In this document: positions 49,060 through 58,507 of the stretch, piece after piece | Numbering within the stretch: the first letter of the stretch is position 1 | Layout of the letters: each line of letters starts with the position of its first letter | Assembly (NCBI GenBank): GCA_964389675.1 | Contig: CAYMEV010000010.1 | Coordinates: forward strand, 1 to 64,000 | Length of the DNA stretch: 64,000 bases | Source of the DNA: an uncultured Candidatus Sumerlaeota bacterium | GTDB lineage: Bacteria > CAYMEV01 | Direction of reading: 5' to 3' | The notes under the pieces: model-generated | What the model was told of the DNA's origin: nothing | What the model saw: only the letters and a program-made list of their open reading frames with translations | The model's database searches: none | Translations under genes and position numbers: made by a program

Positions 49060-50307
49060 ATGAAAAATACCTGCAAAAACATCGCCTTTTTTATTATATT
49101 CTGCATTATTTCGGCCTTTTTCTCATGCAGCGAGCCCAGACAGCTTAAGGTTGTAATGATTGGTTTTGACGGGATCAGTATCGAGGCTGTTGATGACCTG
49201 GCAGCCAGGGGGGAACTGCCGGTATTTGCAATGGTAAAGGAAAATGGCGCTACTCTCAGGCTGAACAGCTTTGGCGAGATGCTTTCACCTGTTATATGGA
49301 CAACTGTTATTACAGGGAAGATTCCTGAAAAGCATGGAATAAGCAATTTTATAACAGAAAAATCCCCTAAAGGCAAAATGAGCTTTAATGTATATTCTCA
49401 TAACAGAAAGACCAAGGCTCTCTGGAATATAATACCTGACAATGGAGGCAAAGCAGCGATAATTAACTGGTGGGGCACTTTCCCGTGTGAAAAGGTAGAT
49501 GGCAGAATAGTCTCAAAGCAGTTTCTTGAATCCTACAGCCCGAAGAAGATCTATTCGGAAAACAGCGTATACCCTGCTGAATATAGTGCAACCTGCATGA
49601 GTATTGTAGACAGGGTGACTAAGGAATATGATCTTAGGTCAAGGGAGCTGAATTTCAGATATCCAGAGGAGCACAGCGTGCATTATTTTAAGGATGAGTC
49701 TGTTCTTGAGATATTCAGTGATACTTATTCTTCAGGCCTCTTTGATTATTATGCCGCATATTTCTGGCAGCTGGACCAGATACAGCATATCTATTATTAT
49801 GCCTATGACAGGGATTATGAAGAAAAATTGATCCCTGAAAGGGGATTAAAGATCAGAGGAAATTACACAGAGGATATAATTACTGACTATTACAGGTATT
49901 ATGATGAAATATTAGGCAGGATCATCAGTCAGATAAGTGAAGATACAATACTTCTGCTCGTTTCCGATCATGGTTTTGGAATGATCAGTACCGGAATTCC
50001 ATGGCATGTTGAAAAAACATATGGTTTTATCTACTCAAAGGGGGACTATATCAAAAAGGGATATTCTGCTGTTGATATTGAAATGGTAGATTTTGTGCCA
50101 ACAGTGCTTTATATCCTGGGATATCCTGTTGCACGGGATATGGATGGGAGGGTTATTTCAGAAGTATTGAATCCGGCGTTTTTTAATCGGGAAATACAGT
50201 ATATTGACAGTTATGACAATGGATTTTCAGTAGAGGAACAGGAATTTCTTAATCCTGTAGAGGAAGAACAGCTGGAAAGACTCAAAACATTGGGCTATAT
50301 AGATTGA
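49060..50307 (+). CDS. Alkaline phosphatase superfamily protein (type I phosphodiesterase/NPP-like), probable lipoprotein
   Basis: FFSC lipobox; VMIGFDG, SPVIWTTVITGK, WWGTFP, VSDHGF, DFVPT, DMDGRV; C-terminal ERLKTLGYID. Confidence 0.85.
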   Translation: MKNTCKNIAFFIIFCIISAFFSCSEPRQLKVVMIGFDGISIEAVDDLAARGELPVFAMVKENGATLRLNSFGEMLSPVIWTTVITGKIPEKHGISNFITEKSPKGKMSFNVYSHNRKTKALWNIIPDNGGKAAIINWWGTFPCEKVDGRIVSKQFLESYSPKKIYSENSVYPAEYSATCMSIVDRVTKEYDLRSRELNFRYPEEHSVHYFKDESVLEIFSDTYSSGLFDYYAAYFWQLDQIQHIYYYAYDRDYEEKLIPERGLKIRGNYTEDIITDYYRYYDEILGRIISQISEDTILLLVSDHGFGMISTGIPWHVEKTYGFIYSKGDYIKKGYSAVDIEMVDFVPTVLYILGYPVARDMDGRVISEVLNPAFFNREIQYIDSYDNGFSVEEQEFLNPVEEEQLERLKTLGYID

Positions 50308-52076
50308 TCCTGAAAAAATGCCAAAAAAAATACGTTCACATCATTCTTCTTGTGGTCATAGCTTTACTGTACTATTCTGATGTTTTCTTTGCCGGCTATC
50401 TTTCTGATGATTATTCCTTCTTAAATGACATTAGCAGTTTCGGGGATGTATTTTCCAAACTTACCCTGGGTTTTTTCAGGCCTGCAGTCCGGTTGAGCTT
50501 CTGGCTGGAGTTTGCCGTCTTTGGCAGGAATCCTGTGGCAAGCCATTCTGTTAACCTGATCCTCCATGTCGCGGTGCTTGTGCTTTCATATTATACGATC
50601 AGAATGCTCTTTGATGATGAAGCATTAGCTTTTGGCTCTGTACTTATATTTTCCCTGCATTTTGTCCAGGTTGAAGTTGTTACATGGGTTTCCGCGAGAA
50701 GCAATTCAATAATGATGCTGCTTGGACTCAGTTTCATTATCCTTTTTTTGAAAAAATCCCGGTTTTTAAGCTTACTTTTATTCCTGATGGTACTTATTTC
50801 GAAAGAATCAGGGTTTATATTCATATTTATTTTGGCAGTAATCCTTCTTTCAGGAAAAAACAGCATAAGGTCTGCTTTTAAGAAGCTGTTCCCCTGTTTG
50901 ATCACTGCACTGGCATATATGCTGTTTTATCTTTATATAACTCAGGATAAGCAAATCAGATACCTTTCAGATGCAGGAAAAATCCTGCCATCGTTTTTTT
51001 CCTATCTGAACCTCTATATCTTTCCTGAAAAGGCCTTCCCGCTTTTCTATATGGCAATGGCACTTATGCTGCTGATACTGGTGATAAGGAAAGAAGCGGA
51101 TCTAAGGCTGATGGCCGTATCTTTGTCTTTTTTCCTGCTGCCTGTCCTGCTTCTGTCATATTCCAACCAGCTCTTCTTCCGCTACAGGTATCTTTATGTA
51201 TCCTGCCTTGGATTCTCAATGCTGTCTTATTATCTTTTGAGAAAACTTTTTTTTCTCCAGTATTTTTCCAATGCAGGATCAAAGGGCAGGATATTGAAAA
51301 TTATCCTTATAATTACAGTTTTTGCTTTTGCAGGCCTGAATATCTACAATAGCTTTTTAATAAAAAGGGATTTTAACAAGTATTCAAGGCTGTACAGGGA
51401 TCTCGGCAGAAAAACAGCCAGGGATATCTCAAGAGACCCGCCTGAATTCATAGTAATTAGCGGATTTCCGCATGTTTTAGGGAAAACGAGGCTTTTCTTC
51501 CTTATGGCCGAAGATGCCGTAAAGTATTATTCAGGGCATGATATCAGAGTAATACAGCAAAAAGAATCCATGGCTGAAAAAATAATCGGGCTGTATTATG
51601 AAGGACTGATTACAGGACCACAAGCCTATGTATTGTGTTACAGCAGGAAAAGCGGATCAATTGAAGAAGATGAAAGACTGAAGAAGAATATTGAAGAATT
51701 TCTGGGATTCCTTTTTAGTGAAGAAGATTTAATCCTGGCTTTTAATCTCATGTCGGAAAAAACATATCAGGCCGGGTACAGGTATATTTCAGCAGCTGAT
51801 TTTAGCACAGGGTTATTGCCTCCTGCAGTCAGGACAGAAAACAAAAACATCAGGCTTTATGCAATAAGCAATGATATGAAGCAGATTGAGATTGAAAACA
51901 GGGATGGGGTTTTCTACCTGTATGAACTGCCGGGATATCTTCTGAACAGATATAGAAGGCTTAAAGTTATATCAGATTCCGAAAGCATTAAAATCTATTA
52001 TAATTCCAATGACCTGCCTGCTGCAGGGATAAAAAAGGACTCAGCCAGCCTGAAAGCAAAGGCTTTTAAGAGATGA
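50304..52076 (+). CDS. Multi-pass membrane protein, GT-C (PMT/TMTC-like) glycosyltransferase
   Basis: SDD, FFRP, HSVNLILH, FSLH..VEVVTWVSAR, SKE, RYLY; many TMs. Confidence 0.7.
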   Translation: MILKKCQKKYVHIILLVVIALLYYSDVFFAGYLSDDYSFLNDISSFGDVFSKLTLGFFRPAVRLSFWLEFAVFGRNPVASHSVNLILHVAVLVLSYYTIRMLFDDEALAFGSVLIFSLHFVQVEVVTWVSARSNSIMMLLGLSFIILFLKKSRFLSLLLFLMVLISKESGFIFIFILAVILLSGKNSIRSAFKKLFPCLITALAYMLFYLYITQDKQIRYLSDAGKILPSFFSYLNLYIFPEKAFPLFYMAMALMLLILVIRKEADLRLMAVSLSFFLLPVLLLSYSNQLFFRYRYLYVSCLGFSMLSYYLLRKLFFLQYFSNAGSKGRILKIILIITVFAFAGLNIYNSFLIKRDFNKYSRLYRDLGRKTARDISRDPPEFIVISGFPHVLGKTRLFFLMAEDAVKYYSGHDIRVIQQKESMAEKIIGLYYEGLITGPQAYVLCYSRKSGSIEEDERLKKNIEEFLGFLFSEEDLILAFNLMSEKTYQAGYRYISAADFSTGLLPPAVRTENKNIRLYAISNDMKQIEIENRDGVFYLYELPGYLLNRYRRLKVISDSESIKIYYNSNDLPAAGIKKDSASLKAKAFKR

Positions 52077-52084
52077 GGCCGGCA

Positions 52085-53002
52085 TTATATCTTCTGATTG
52101 ATAAGGAATAAAAGCCTTCTAAGCAGCCGGATATTAAGGTAATTCAAAAAGGTTGTAAGGTCCTTCTTGTATTTTGATATGTATTTTGCAAAATCAAATT
52201 CATTCCTGTAGATAAGGAGGCTTTCAAATTCAGCTACAAGATTTACCAGTTCGATCAGATAATGCTTTATCTCCCTCAGCTTTTTTATAATCACATTCAG
52301 GTCCGGGGTCTTTTTTGAGAGGTTTTCCTGATATGCAGGGAGATATTCCTCTATGATATAGCATCCTTCTGAATAGAATTCCTGGACAAGGTCATTCATT
52401 TCATCCAGATGGATTTTCCTGTATTTTTCAAATTCCTTTAATTTTTTTGGGGCAAGAATATCAAGGTTTTTCATTCCTTCCAGGACTACTTCGGCAAAAA
52501 AGAGCAACCCTGAGAATTTTCTCTTCTGTTTTTCCCAGATGAATGAGTCAGTCCCGCAGTATATCTTATCATTATAATGCGCCGTGATATCCCTTGGCTC
52601 TATAGTGTAAAAATGATTCCTTACCATTGTCCTTTTTTTGCCGGAATTAAAAAAGCTCCTTGAAATAAGAAGGAATTCATTATTATGCAGAAAATAGCTG
52701 TTGGACTCCAGTATAGCACTGTATTCAATTATATTATCAATAACGCATCGGCGGAAAGTCTGAAAAAATTCCTGATTATCAGCAAGCAGTTCCTTGATCA
52801 TACAGCCATCGCTGCTGCTTTTAATGTCAAGCGACGGTTTTATGATCGCACTTGGATCAATTTGCGGAAATTCAAAATGCAGGTTATGAAATACCTTTTC
52901 CTGCAGATAGTCCATCTGGAAATTAAGGAAAGATCCAGGTTCATAGCGCAGCAGAGATTTAATCAGATTTGAATAAACCTGCATGTTCTTCTCTTCACTC
53001 AT
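52085..53002 (-). CDS. Hypothetical protein
   Basis: Likely ATG at 53002 overlapping the PilZ stop, SD GGAAGGA; no recognised motif. Confidence 0.7.
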   Translation of the reverse strand: MSEEKNMQVYSNLIKSLLRYEPGSFLNFQMDYLQEKVFHNLHFEFPQIDPSAIIKPSLDIKSSSDGCMIKELLADNQEFFQTFRRCVIDNIIEYSAILESNSYFLHNNEFLLISRSFFNSGKKRTMVRNHFYTIEPRDITAHYNDKIYCGTDSFIWEKQKRKFSGLLFFAEVVLEGMKNLDILAPKKLKEFEKYRKIHLDEMNDLVQEFYSEGCYIIEEYLPAYQENLSKKTPDLNVIIKKLREIKHYLIELVNLVAEFESLLIYRNEFDFAKYISKYKKDLTTFLNYLNIRLLRRLLFLINQKI

Positions 53003-53417
53003 CTTTTCCTTCCTGAACAGTATTTTTTTCAGGTTTGAGCCTTTTTTCATCAAACAGGGATTTAAGCAATTCTGATATCCTGCTGGGCAATTCTCCGAAA
53101 AATACAGCAGTATGATAGAATGTTTTATCTTCTATTTTCTTTTCCTCAATCCTTACGACTGTACCTTCAAATTTAATGTATTTATCAACAGGTGCAAGGT
53201 TCTTTCCCCTGATTTTGCAGTCGGACAGGTCTATGCTGAGGGACAGCCTGGTCATTACAGGATAATGGGTATCAAGCAAAAAATCACACCCGTTCTGGCT
53301 TATTGAGTTTGGTGAGACAGCAATCTGATTGTCCTGAGAGCTGATCTCAATATTAAGTGTATCAGACTCACTGCCTGACCTGTAACGGGTATATTTTCGC
53401 TTTTCAGTAATATCCAT
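52995..53417 (-). CDS. PilZ domain protein
   Basis: EKRKYTR (RxxxR), SISQNG, GTVVR, TAVFF. Confidence 0.72.
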   Translation of the reverse strand: MDITEKRKYTRYRSGSESDTLNIEISSQDNQIAVSPNSISQNGCDFLLDTHYPVMTRLSLSIDLSDCKIRGKNLAPVDKYIKFEGTVVRIEEKKIEDKTFYHTAVFFGELPSRISELLKSLFDEKRLKPEKNTVQEGKDE

Positions 53418-55012
53418 TATGTTAAAATCCCTTTGAAATAATCGTTCAGGTCACTGCTGTTTGCCCTCTGGAGATAATCGTAAGCCTTCTGCTTGTCCTT
53501 CTGGGCCATTAGAAGATTTATCATGTCGCTATAAGTCTGCTGTTTTTCAATGTCTCTGAGAAAATGCACCTTGAGCTTTGTGGAAAGTGTATCTCTCATC
53601 TTCTCAATCAGCTCTATAGCCTTTTCATATTCTATCATTGCTTTATCAAATTCTTTCCTGGAATGGTACAATCTGCCCAGTCTGTGATGGATCCTGAACA
53701 GAAGTTCCTTTATCTTTGTCTTTTCAGCTATTTCCAGAGCCTTTTTCCTGAAATTTTCTGACAGTGTGTGTACATTCAGCCTTTGATAAATGATTCCCAG
53801 GTACAGGTTGCTGTAGCCGAGGAGTATATTATCATTTATTGCTTCACCGATCTCTACAGCCTTTTTCATGACTGTAAGCGCTTTTTTGATCTCTTTAAGC
53901 TTAATGTATGCAATTCCAAGGTAGTAATAGCTGAGTCCCTGTGCCTTTTTCTGGTTAAATTCAATGCTGTAATTCAAGCCTGTTTTAATATATTCTTTTG
54001 CTTTCTGGTATTTGTTCAGTTTTATGCTGAGTTCACCGATATAGATATTTATCCAGCTTTGAAGGCTTTCTATCTTATAGCTGTTTACAATTTTTCTGGC
54101 TTTTTTCAGAAATTCCAGGCTTTTTTCGTAAGACCCCAGTGTTTTGTACATCTCTGCCAGATTAGAAAGGGATTTAAATTCAACCTCTGGAGCTCCGATT
54201 TTCTGGGATAAGTCAAGTGTTGCACTGAAATAGTCATATGCGTTCTGGTAATCTCCAAGATAAAGGTATGAATATCCAAGGCATCTGTAACTCTCAAGCT
54301 TTGTACTGTCTGCATCCATTCCATCAGAGATATTCAGGGAAAGGTTAAGGAATTTTATGGCTTCCTCAAAATTACCCATATTAAGGTGTATGTCCCCGAT
54401 ATTATTATATGCGGCGGCTATACCCAGCTGATTATTTATCTCCTTGGACAGCTCCAGGTCCTTCTGATGGTATTGAAGTGCCTTCATGAATTCTCCCTGC
54501 TCTTTGTATATAATGCCGAGGTTTGCGATGCAGGAGGATGTCCCTATCGGGTCATCAAGTTCCTGCCTGAGCTGAACAGCATATTTAATATTCTTTTCAG
54601 CCTCATCATACTGGCCAAGTTCCCTGAATATGACACCAATATTATTCAGATTGGATGCCAGCATCTGTTTATTATTAAGTTCTTCATGTATCTCCTGGGA
54701 TTTTTGGAATTTTTCAATAGCTGCTGCATAATCCCCGGAATAGTAATATAATATGCCCAGTTCATGGGTCAGGTTTCCGAGTGACGGTTTATCGCCTGAT
54801 GCCTGTGCTTCACTTATTTGTTCGGATAATGCCTGAATTTCATTATCGAGTTCGCTTTTTTCTATAACAATCTGATTTTCATCCTTGCCCTGGCTGGCAG
54901 GGACTGGCTTGGGCTCCATCAGTATTATTTTGCTTTTATCTAAAGGATTGTTGCATCTTAGGCAAAACATTGCATCATCAGGGTTATTATAACCGCATAA
55001 ATAGCATTCCAT
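53417..55012 (-). CDS. Zinc-ribbon + TPR repeat protein
   Basis: AAGGAG SD before MECYLC; CYLC..NP..FCLRC; many TPRs (LNNIGVIF, IANLGIIY, YNNIGDIH). Confidence 0.88.
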   Translation of the reverse strand: MECYLCGYNNPDDAMFCLRCNNPLDKSKIILMEPKPVPASQGKDENQIVIEKSELDNEIQALSEQISEAQASGDKPSLGNLTHELGILYYYSGDYAAAIEKFQKSQEIHEELNNKQMLASNLNNIGVIFRELGQYDEAEKNIKYAVQLRQELDDPIGTSSCIANLGIIYKEQGEFMKALQYHQKDLELSKEINNQLGIAAAYNNIGDIHLNMGNFEEAIKFLNLSLNISDGMDADSTKLESYRCLGYSYLYLGDYQNAYDYFSATLDLSQKIGAPEVEFKSLSNLAEMYKTLGSYEKSLEFLKKARKIVNSYKIESLQSWINIYIGELSIKLNKYQKAKEYIKTGLNYSIEFNQKKAQGLSYYYLGIAYIKLKEIKKALTVMKKAVEIGEAINDNILLGYSNLYLGIIYQRLNVHTLSENFRKKALEIAEKTKIKELLFRIHHRLGRLYHSRKEFDKAMIEYEKAIELIEKMRDTLSTKLKVHFLRDIEKQQTYSDMINLLMAQKDKQKAYDYLQRANSSDLNDYFKGILT

Positions 55013-55180
55013 TTCGAACTCCTTAAACATATTTATATTCTAACTGATAACATCAATTATTACACAAAAGCATATAAAAGTCAATTGTATATTTTTCTTT
55101 ATTATCTTTTAAAAAGTGATAGCCTTTTTTTTTCTTGAAAAATGATCTATTACTTAGACAAAAATTAAAAGGATGTTTGA

Positions 55181-56491
55181 TTGATGAATAATTATAAATT
55201 GACACAGGCTGAAATGGCAAAAAAGGGTATTATTTCTGATGAGATAAGGTATATTGCAAAAGAGGAGCAGATAAATGAAGCTGTTCTGTGCGAATATGTC
55301 AGTGAGGGCTTTGCAGTAATCCTGAAAAACAATGTACACGATATAAAACCGCTGGGGATAGGTAAAAATCTCAGGACAAAGATAAATGCAAATATCGGGA
55401 CGAGTAATCTGACAAGCAGTATAGATTTTGAGCTGGAGAAACTTGATATTTCCATAAAATACGGTGCTGATACTGCAATGGACCTTTCAACCGGCAAGAA
55501 TATCATGGATACCCGGAAAGCCATTATGAAGCACTCTTCAATCCCTATCGGGACCGTCCCTGTATATCAGGCTGCAATAAATGCAGCGAAAGAGAAAAAT
55601 GCCCTAAAAAATATGTCAGTAGATGATATATTTGATGTTATTGAACAAAATGGAAAAGACGGCGTTGATTTTATAACAGTCCATTGCGGAGTAAATCTGT
55701 CAGCTCTGGAAAGGCTTAAGAAACAGGGAAGGGTCTCTGGTGCAGTCTCAAGAGGGGGAGTTTTCCTGCTTGAATGGATGGTTTATAATGAAAAGGAGAA
55801 TCCGCTCTATGAGTATTATGACAGACTGGTAGATATTGCCAGAAAGTATGATATGGTTCTCAGCCTGGGCGATGGAATGCGCCCGGGATGTCTTGAAGAT
55901 GCTACAGACAGGTCCCAGGTACAGGAGATGATATTCCTCGGAGAACTGCAGAAGTTTGCTTTGGAAAATGGTGTCCAGGTGATGATAGAAGGGCCCGGGC
56001 ACATACCAATAAATGAAATACAGACAAATATCCAGCTTGAAAAGAAGCTGTGCAATAATGCGCCTTTTTATGTTTTAGGCCCGATTGTGACAGACCTTGG
56101 CATAGGTTATGATCATATTACATCAGCAATTGGAGGGGCAATGGCAGCATGCTATGGAGCTGACTTTCTCTGTTATGTAACTCCGGCTGAACATCTGGGC
56201 CTGCCTACTGCAGATGATGTTAAAAGAGGAGTCATTGCATCTAAAATAGCTGCACTGGCAGCGGATTATGCAAAAGGCAACAGGGTAAATATCAAGAAAA
56301 ATGAAATTATGTCAAAACTCAGAAGAGACCGGAAATGGACTGAGATTGCCGATTTAAGTATTGATCCGGACAGGATAAGCGAATACAGGAAAGACCTTGG
56401 GCAAGAGTCTGATGATATATGCACAATGTGCGGAGATTACTGCGCAATAAAGAAGCTTGATGATGTCCTGAAGGAAAAGGATCAGGGATAA
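55181..56491 (+). CDS. thiC: Phosphomethylpyrimidine synthase ThiC (short form)
   Basis: TKINANIGTS, MDLSTG, GTVPVY, SRGG, SLGDGMRPG, EGPGH, GYDHI, CYVTPAEHL, CTMCGDYC. Confidence 0.9.
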   Translation: MMNNYKLTQAEMAKKGIISDEIRYIAKEEQINEAVLCEYVSEGFAVILKNNVHDIKPLGIGKNLRTKINANIGTSNLTSSIDFELEKLDISIKYGADTAMDLSTGKNIMDTRKAIMKHSSIPIGTVPVYQAAINAAKEKNALKNMSVDDIFDVIEQNGKDGVDFITVHCGVNLSALERLKKQGRVSGAVSRGGVFLLEWMVYNEKENPLYEYYDRLVDIARKYDMVLSLGDGMRPGCLEDATDRSQVQEMIFLGELQKFALENGVQVMIEGPGHIPINEIQTNIQLEKKLCNNAPFYVLGPIVTDLGIGYDHITSAIGGAMAACYGADFLCYVTPAEHLGLPTADDVKRGVIASKIAALAADYAKGNRVNIKKNEIMSKLRRDRKWTEIADLSIDPDRISEYRKDLGQESDDICTMCGDYCAIKKLDDVLKEKDQG

Positions 56492-56521
56492 GGGTCAGCT
56501 CTAATATAACCCAGAAGGGTG

Positions 56522-58153
56522 TTAATTGCTTATTAAAGGTTCTCTCTCAAAAATTTCCCTTACCGTATATACCTTCCCCTCTTTGCTCTGATCAGATGCT
56601 TCTTCAAAGGTGTCGTAAAGGCCGAGATAGAGGATATATGTCCTTGTACCATCTGAATCCTTCATCACCAGGAAGAAATCACCTGAATTTTTAACAATGT
56701 CAAGGAATGCCTCCTGAAATATAGACATTTCAGGCTTCTGGAAAGCACCCTTCCTTACTGTGAATTTGTCAGGAAACTGCCGGATGTATTGTGCAAAGCG
56801 TATGCATAAGTGGTTAAGCAGGTCTATGTTTCTATCCGGGTATACATTATTAATAAATGAGTTTTTTAATTCCATGAAATGGTCAGCTTCCGGCAGGTCG
56901 ACGGGAGTTTCCCTATGTATGTTCTCATCGTCAGGGAAGGGCTTATCAATTATATCCAGGTCAATGTACTGATCTTTATCTTCTACTATGGGCAGATCAG
57001 AGATGTTTTCATCAACCTGGTCCATATCCTCTTCTGTCCTGATAGTGGGCCTGTCATCCCCGGTTATATTATTTTCCGGCACATCTGCCGTGGCCTCTCC
57101 ATCTGGTCCTGGCTGGCTGGTCTGACTGATTACCGGCTGTTTTGCTTTTTCATTTGACTGAAGAAGGTTCAGGTATTTGAAAAGATAGATCAGGACAGCT
57201 ATAAGAAGGATTGTAAATATGCTGAGAATCCATTTTAATGCTTTTTTTGGCTTACTATCTTCAAGTTCATAAAAGGATTCAGAGATATCAGCATCTTTTT
57301 CAGCCTCAAATGAACTTGCAGCAGCTGATTCAGATTCTGAACCTTCATTTTCCCCTCTGTTTTCGCCTGCATATACATTTTCAAACTTTATTGTATCATC
57401 AGAGATAAGGCTTTCTTCATCATCAGTTTCAACCACATGGACAAGCACTGATGTTATATTGTCGCTTCCGTCTATTGCCTTTGCTCTCTCTATCAGCTTT
57501 TTTACCTTCTGGTCAATCTGAAGATTATCTGAAAGTATATTAATAATATCGTCGGCCTCAAGAGGGTTTGATAAGCCGTCAGAGCATAGCAGGAACATGT
57601 CATTGCTATTAAGCTGACCGGATATTATTGGTATCTTCAGTATTTTCTTGCTTCCAATGGATTGGGTCAGAACATTCTTATACCTGTGGCCTTTTGCTTC
57701 CTGAAGTGATATCATTCCTCTGTCAAGCTGCTCCTGGACAAATGTCTGGTCCTTTGTGATCTTTATCAGCTCACGGTCTCTATAGAGATAGATGGGTGAG
57801 TCCCCTATATTAGTAGACCAGAATGTATTCCCCCTTAAAAGCAGAAGGCACAGGGTTGTCCCCATGCCCTTTTTATTAGGGTCAATATGTGCTTCATTGC
57901 TGACTTCGTGATGGACATGGTTGATAATCTCCTCGAGGATTACCGGAATATTTTCAGTATCCTCAATCTCAAATTTACGGAGAAGTGAGGGGATCTTGCC
58001 TGTTGTCAGCTGGGATGCTACCTCCCCGGCCTGGTGCCCGCCCATACCGTCAGCAACAATGTACAGCCGGATATCCTCGTCAATTACCCAGCTGTCTTCA
58101 TTATGCCTCCTCTTGAGACCTACATCTGAGTGTCCAAAAGCATTAATTCTCAT
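56522..58153 (-). CDS. PP2C-family Ser/Thr phosphatase with TM segment and C-terminal extracytoplasmic domain
   Basis: SDVGLKRRHNED, VADGMGGH, GMGTT, NIGDS, LCSDGL, GSDNIT; TM WILSIFTILLIAVLIYLF. Confidence 0.92.
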   Translation of the reverse strand: MRINAFGHSDVGLKRRHNEDSWVIDEDIRLYIVADGMGGHQAGEVASQLTTGKIPSLLRKFEIEDTENIPVILEEIINHVHHEVSNEAHIDPNKKGMGTTLCLLLLRGNTFWSTNIGDSPIYLYRDRELIKITKDQTFVQEQLDRGMISLQEAKGHRYKNVLTQSIGSKKILKIPIISGQLNSNDMFLLCSDGLSNPLEADDIINILSDNLQIDQKVKKLIERAKAIDGSDNITSVLVHVVETDDEESLISDDTIKFENVYAGENRGENEGSESESAAASSFEAEKDADISESFYELEDSKPKKALKWILSIFTILLIAVLIYLFKYLNLLQSNEKAKQPVISQTSQPGPDGEATADVPENNITGDDRPTIRTEEDMDQVDENISDLPIVEDKDQYIDLDIIDKPFPDDENIHRETPVDLPEADHFMELKNSFINNVYPDRNIDLLNHLCIRFAQYIRQFPDKFTVRKGAFQKPEMSIFQEAFLDIVKNSGDFFLVMKDSDGTRTYILYLGLYDTFEEASDQSKEGKVYTVREIFEREPLISN

Positions 58154-58171
58154 AGTCTGATTCTTTCCTAT

Positions 58172-58498
58172 CTATAGATATTTTATATTTTTATCAAGCC
58201 AGATGCGGTAATCATCTGAAATATTTATTATTTCAACTGAGATTATCTGCGGAATTTCGTATGGGTGCTGCTTCCTGATCTCGTCTTCAATGGTCTTATA
58301 GAGTTCAGTCCTTGTTTTAATGCCAAGCAGGAACTCTTTTTCCTTCAGGACCTTCCCCTCCCAGGAATAAATGCTTGATAGGGAATCATAGACCTGGCAG
58401 CAGGCTGCCAGCCTGTTTTTTACAAGGAACTCGCCAAAATCTTCTGCTCTCTGCTTATCAGGGTATGTTGTAAAAATTTCTATAAAATTTGATATCAT
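58172..58498 (-). CDS. cutA: Divalent-cation tolerance protein CutA
   Basis: LAACCQ, SIYSWEG, KT, HPYEIPQI, YRIWL. Confidence 0.95.
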   Translation of the reverse strand: MISNFIEIFTTYPDKQRAEDFGEFLVKNRLAACCQVYDSLSSIYSWEGKVLKEKEFLLGIKTRTELYKTIEDEIRKQHPYEIPQIISVEIINISDDYRIWLDKNIKYL

Positions 58499-58507
58499 AC
58501 TTATCTG

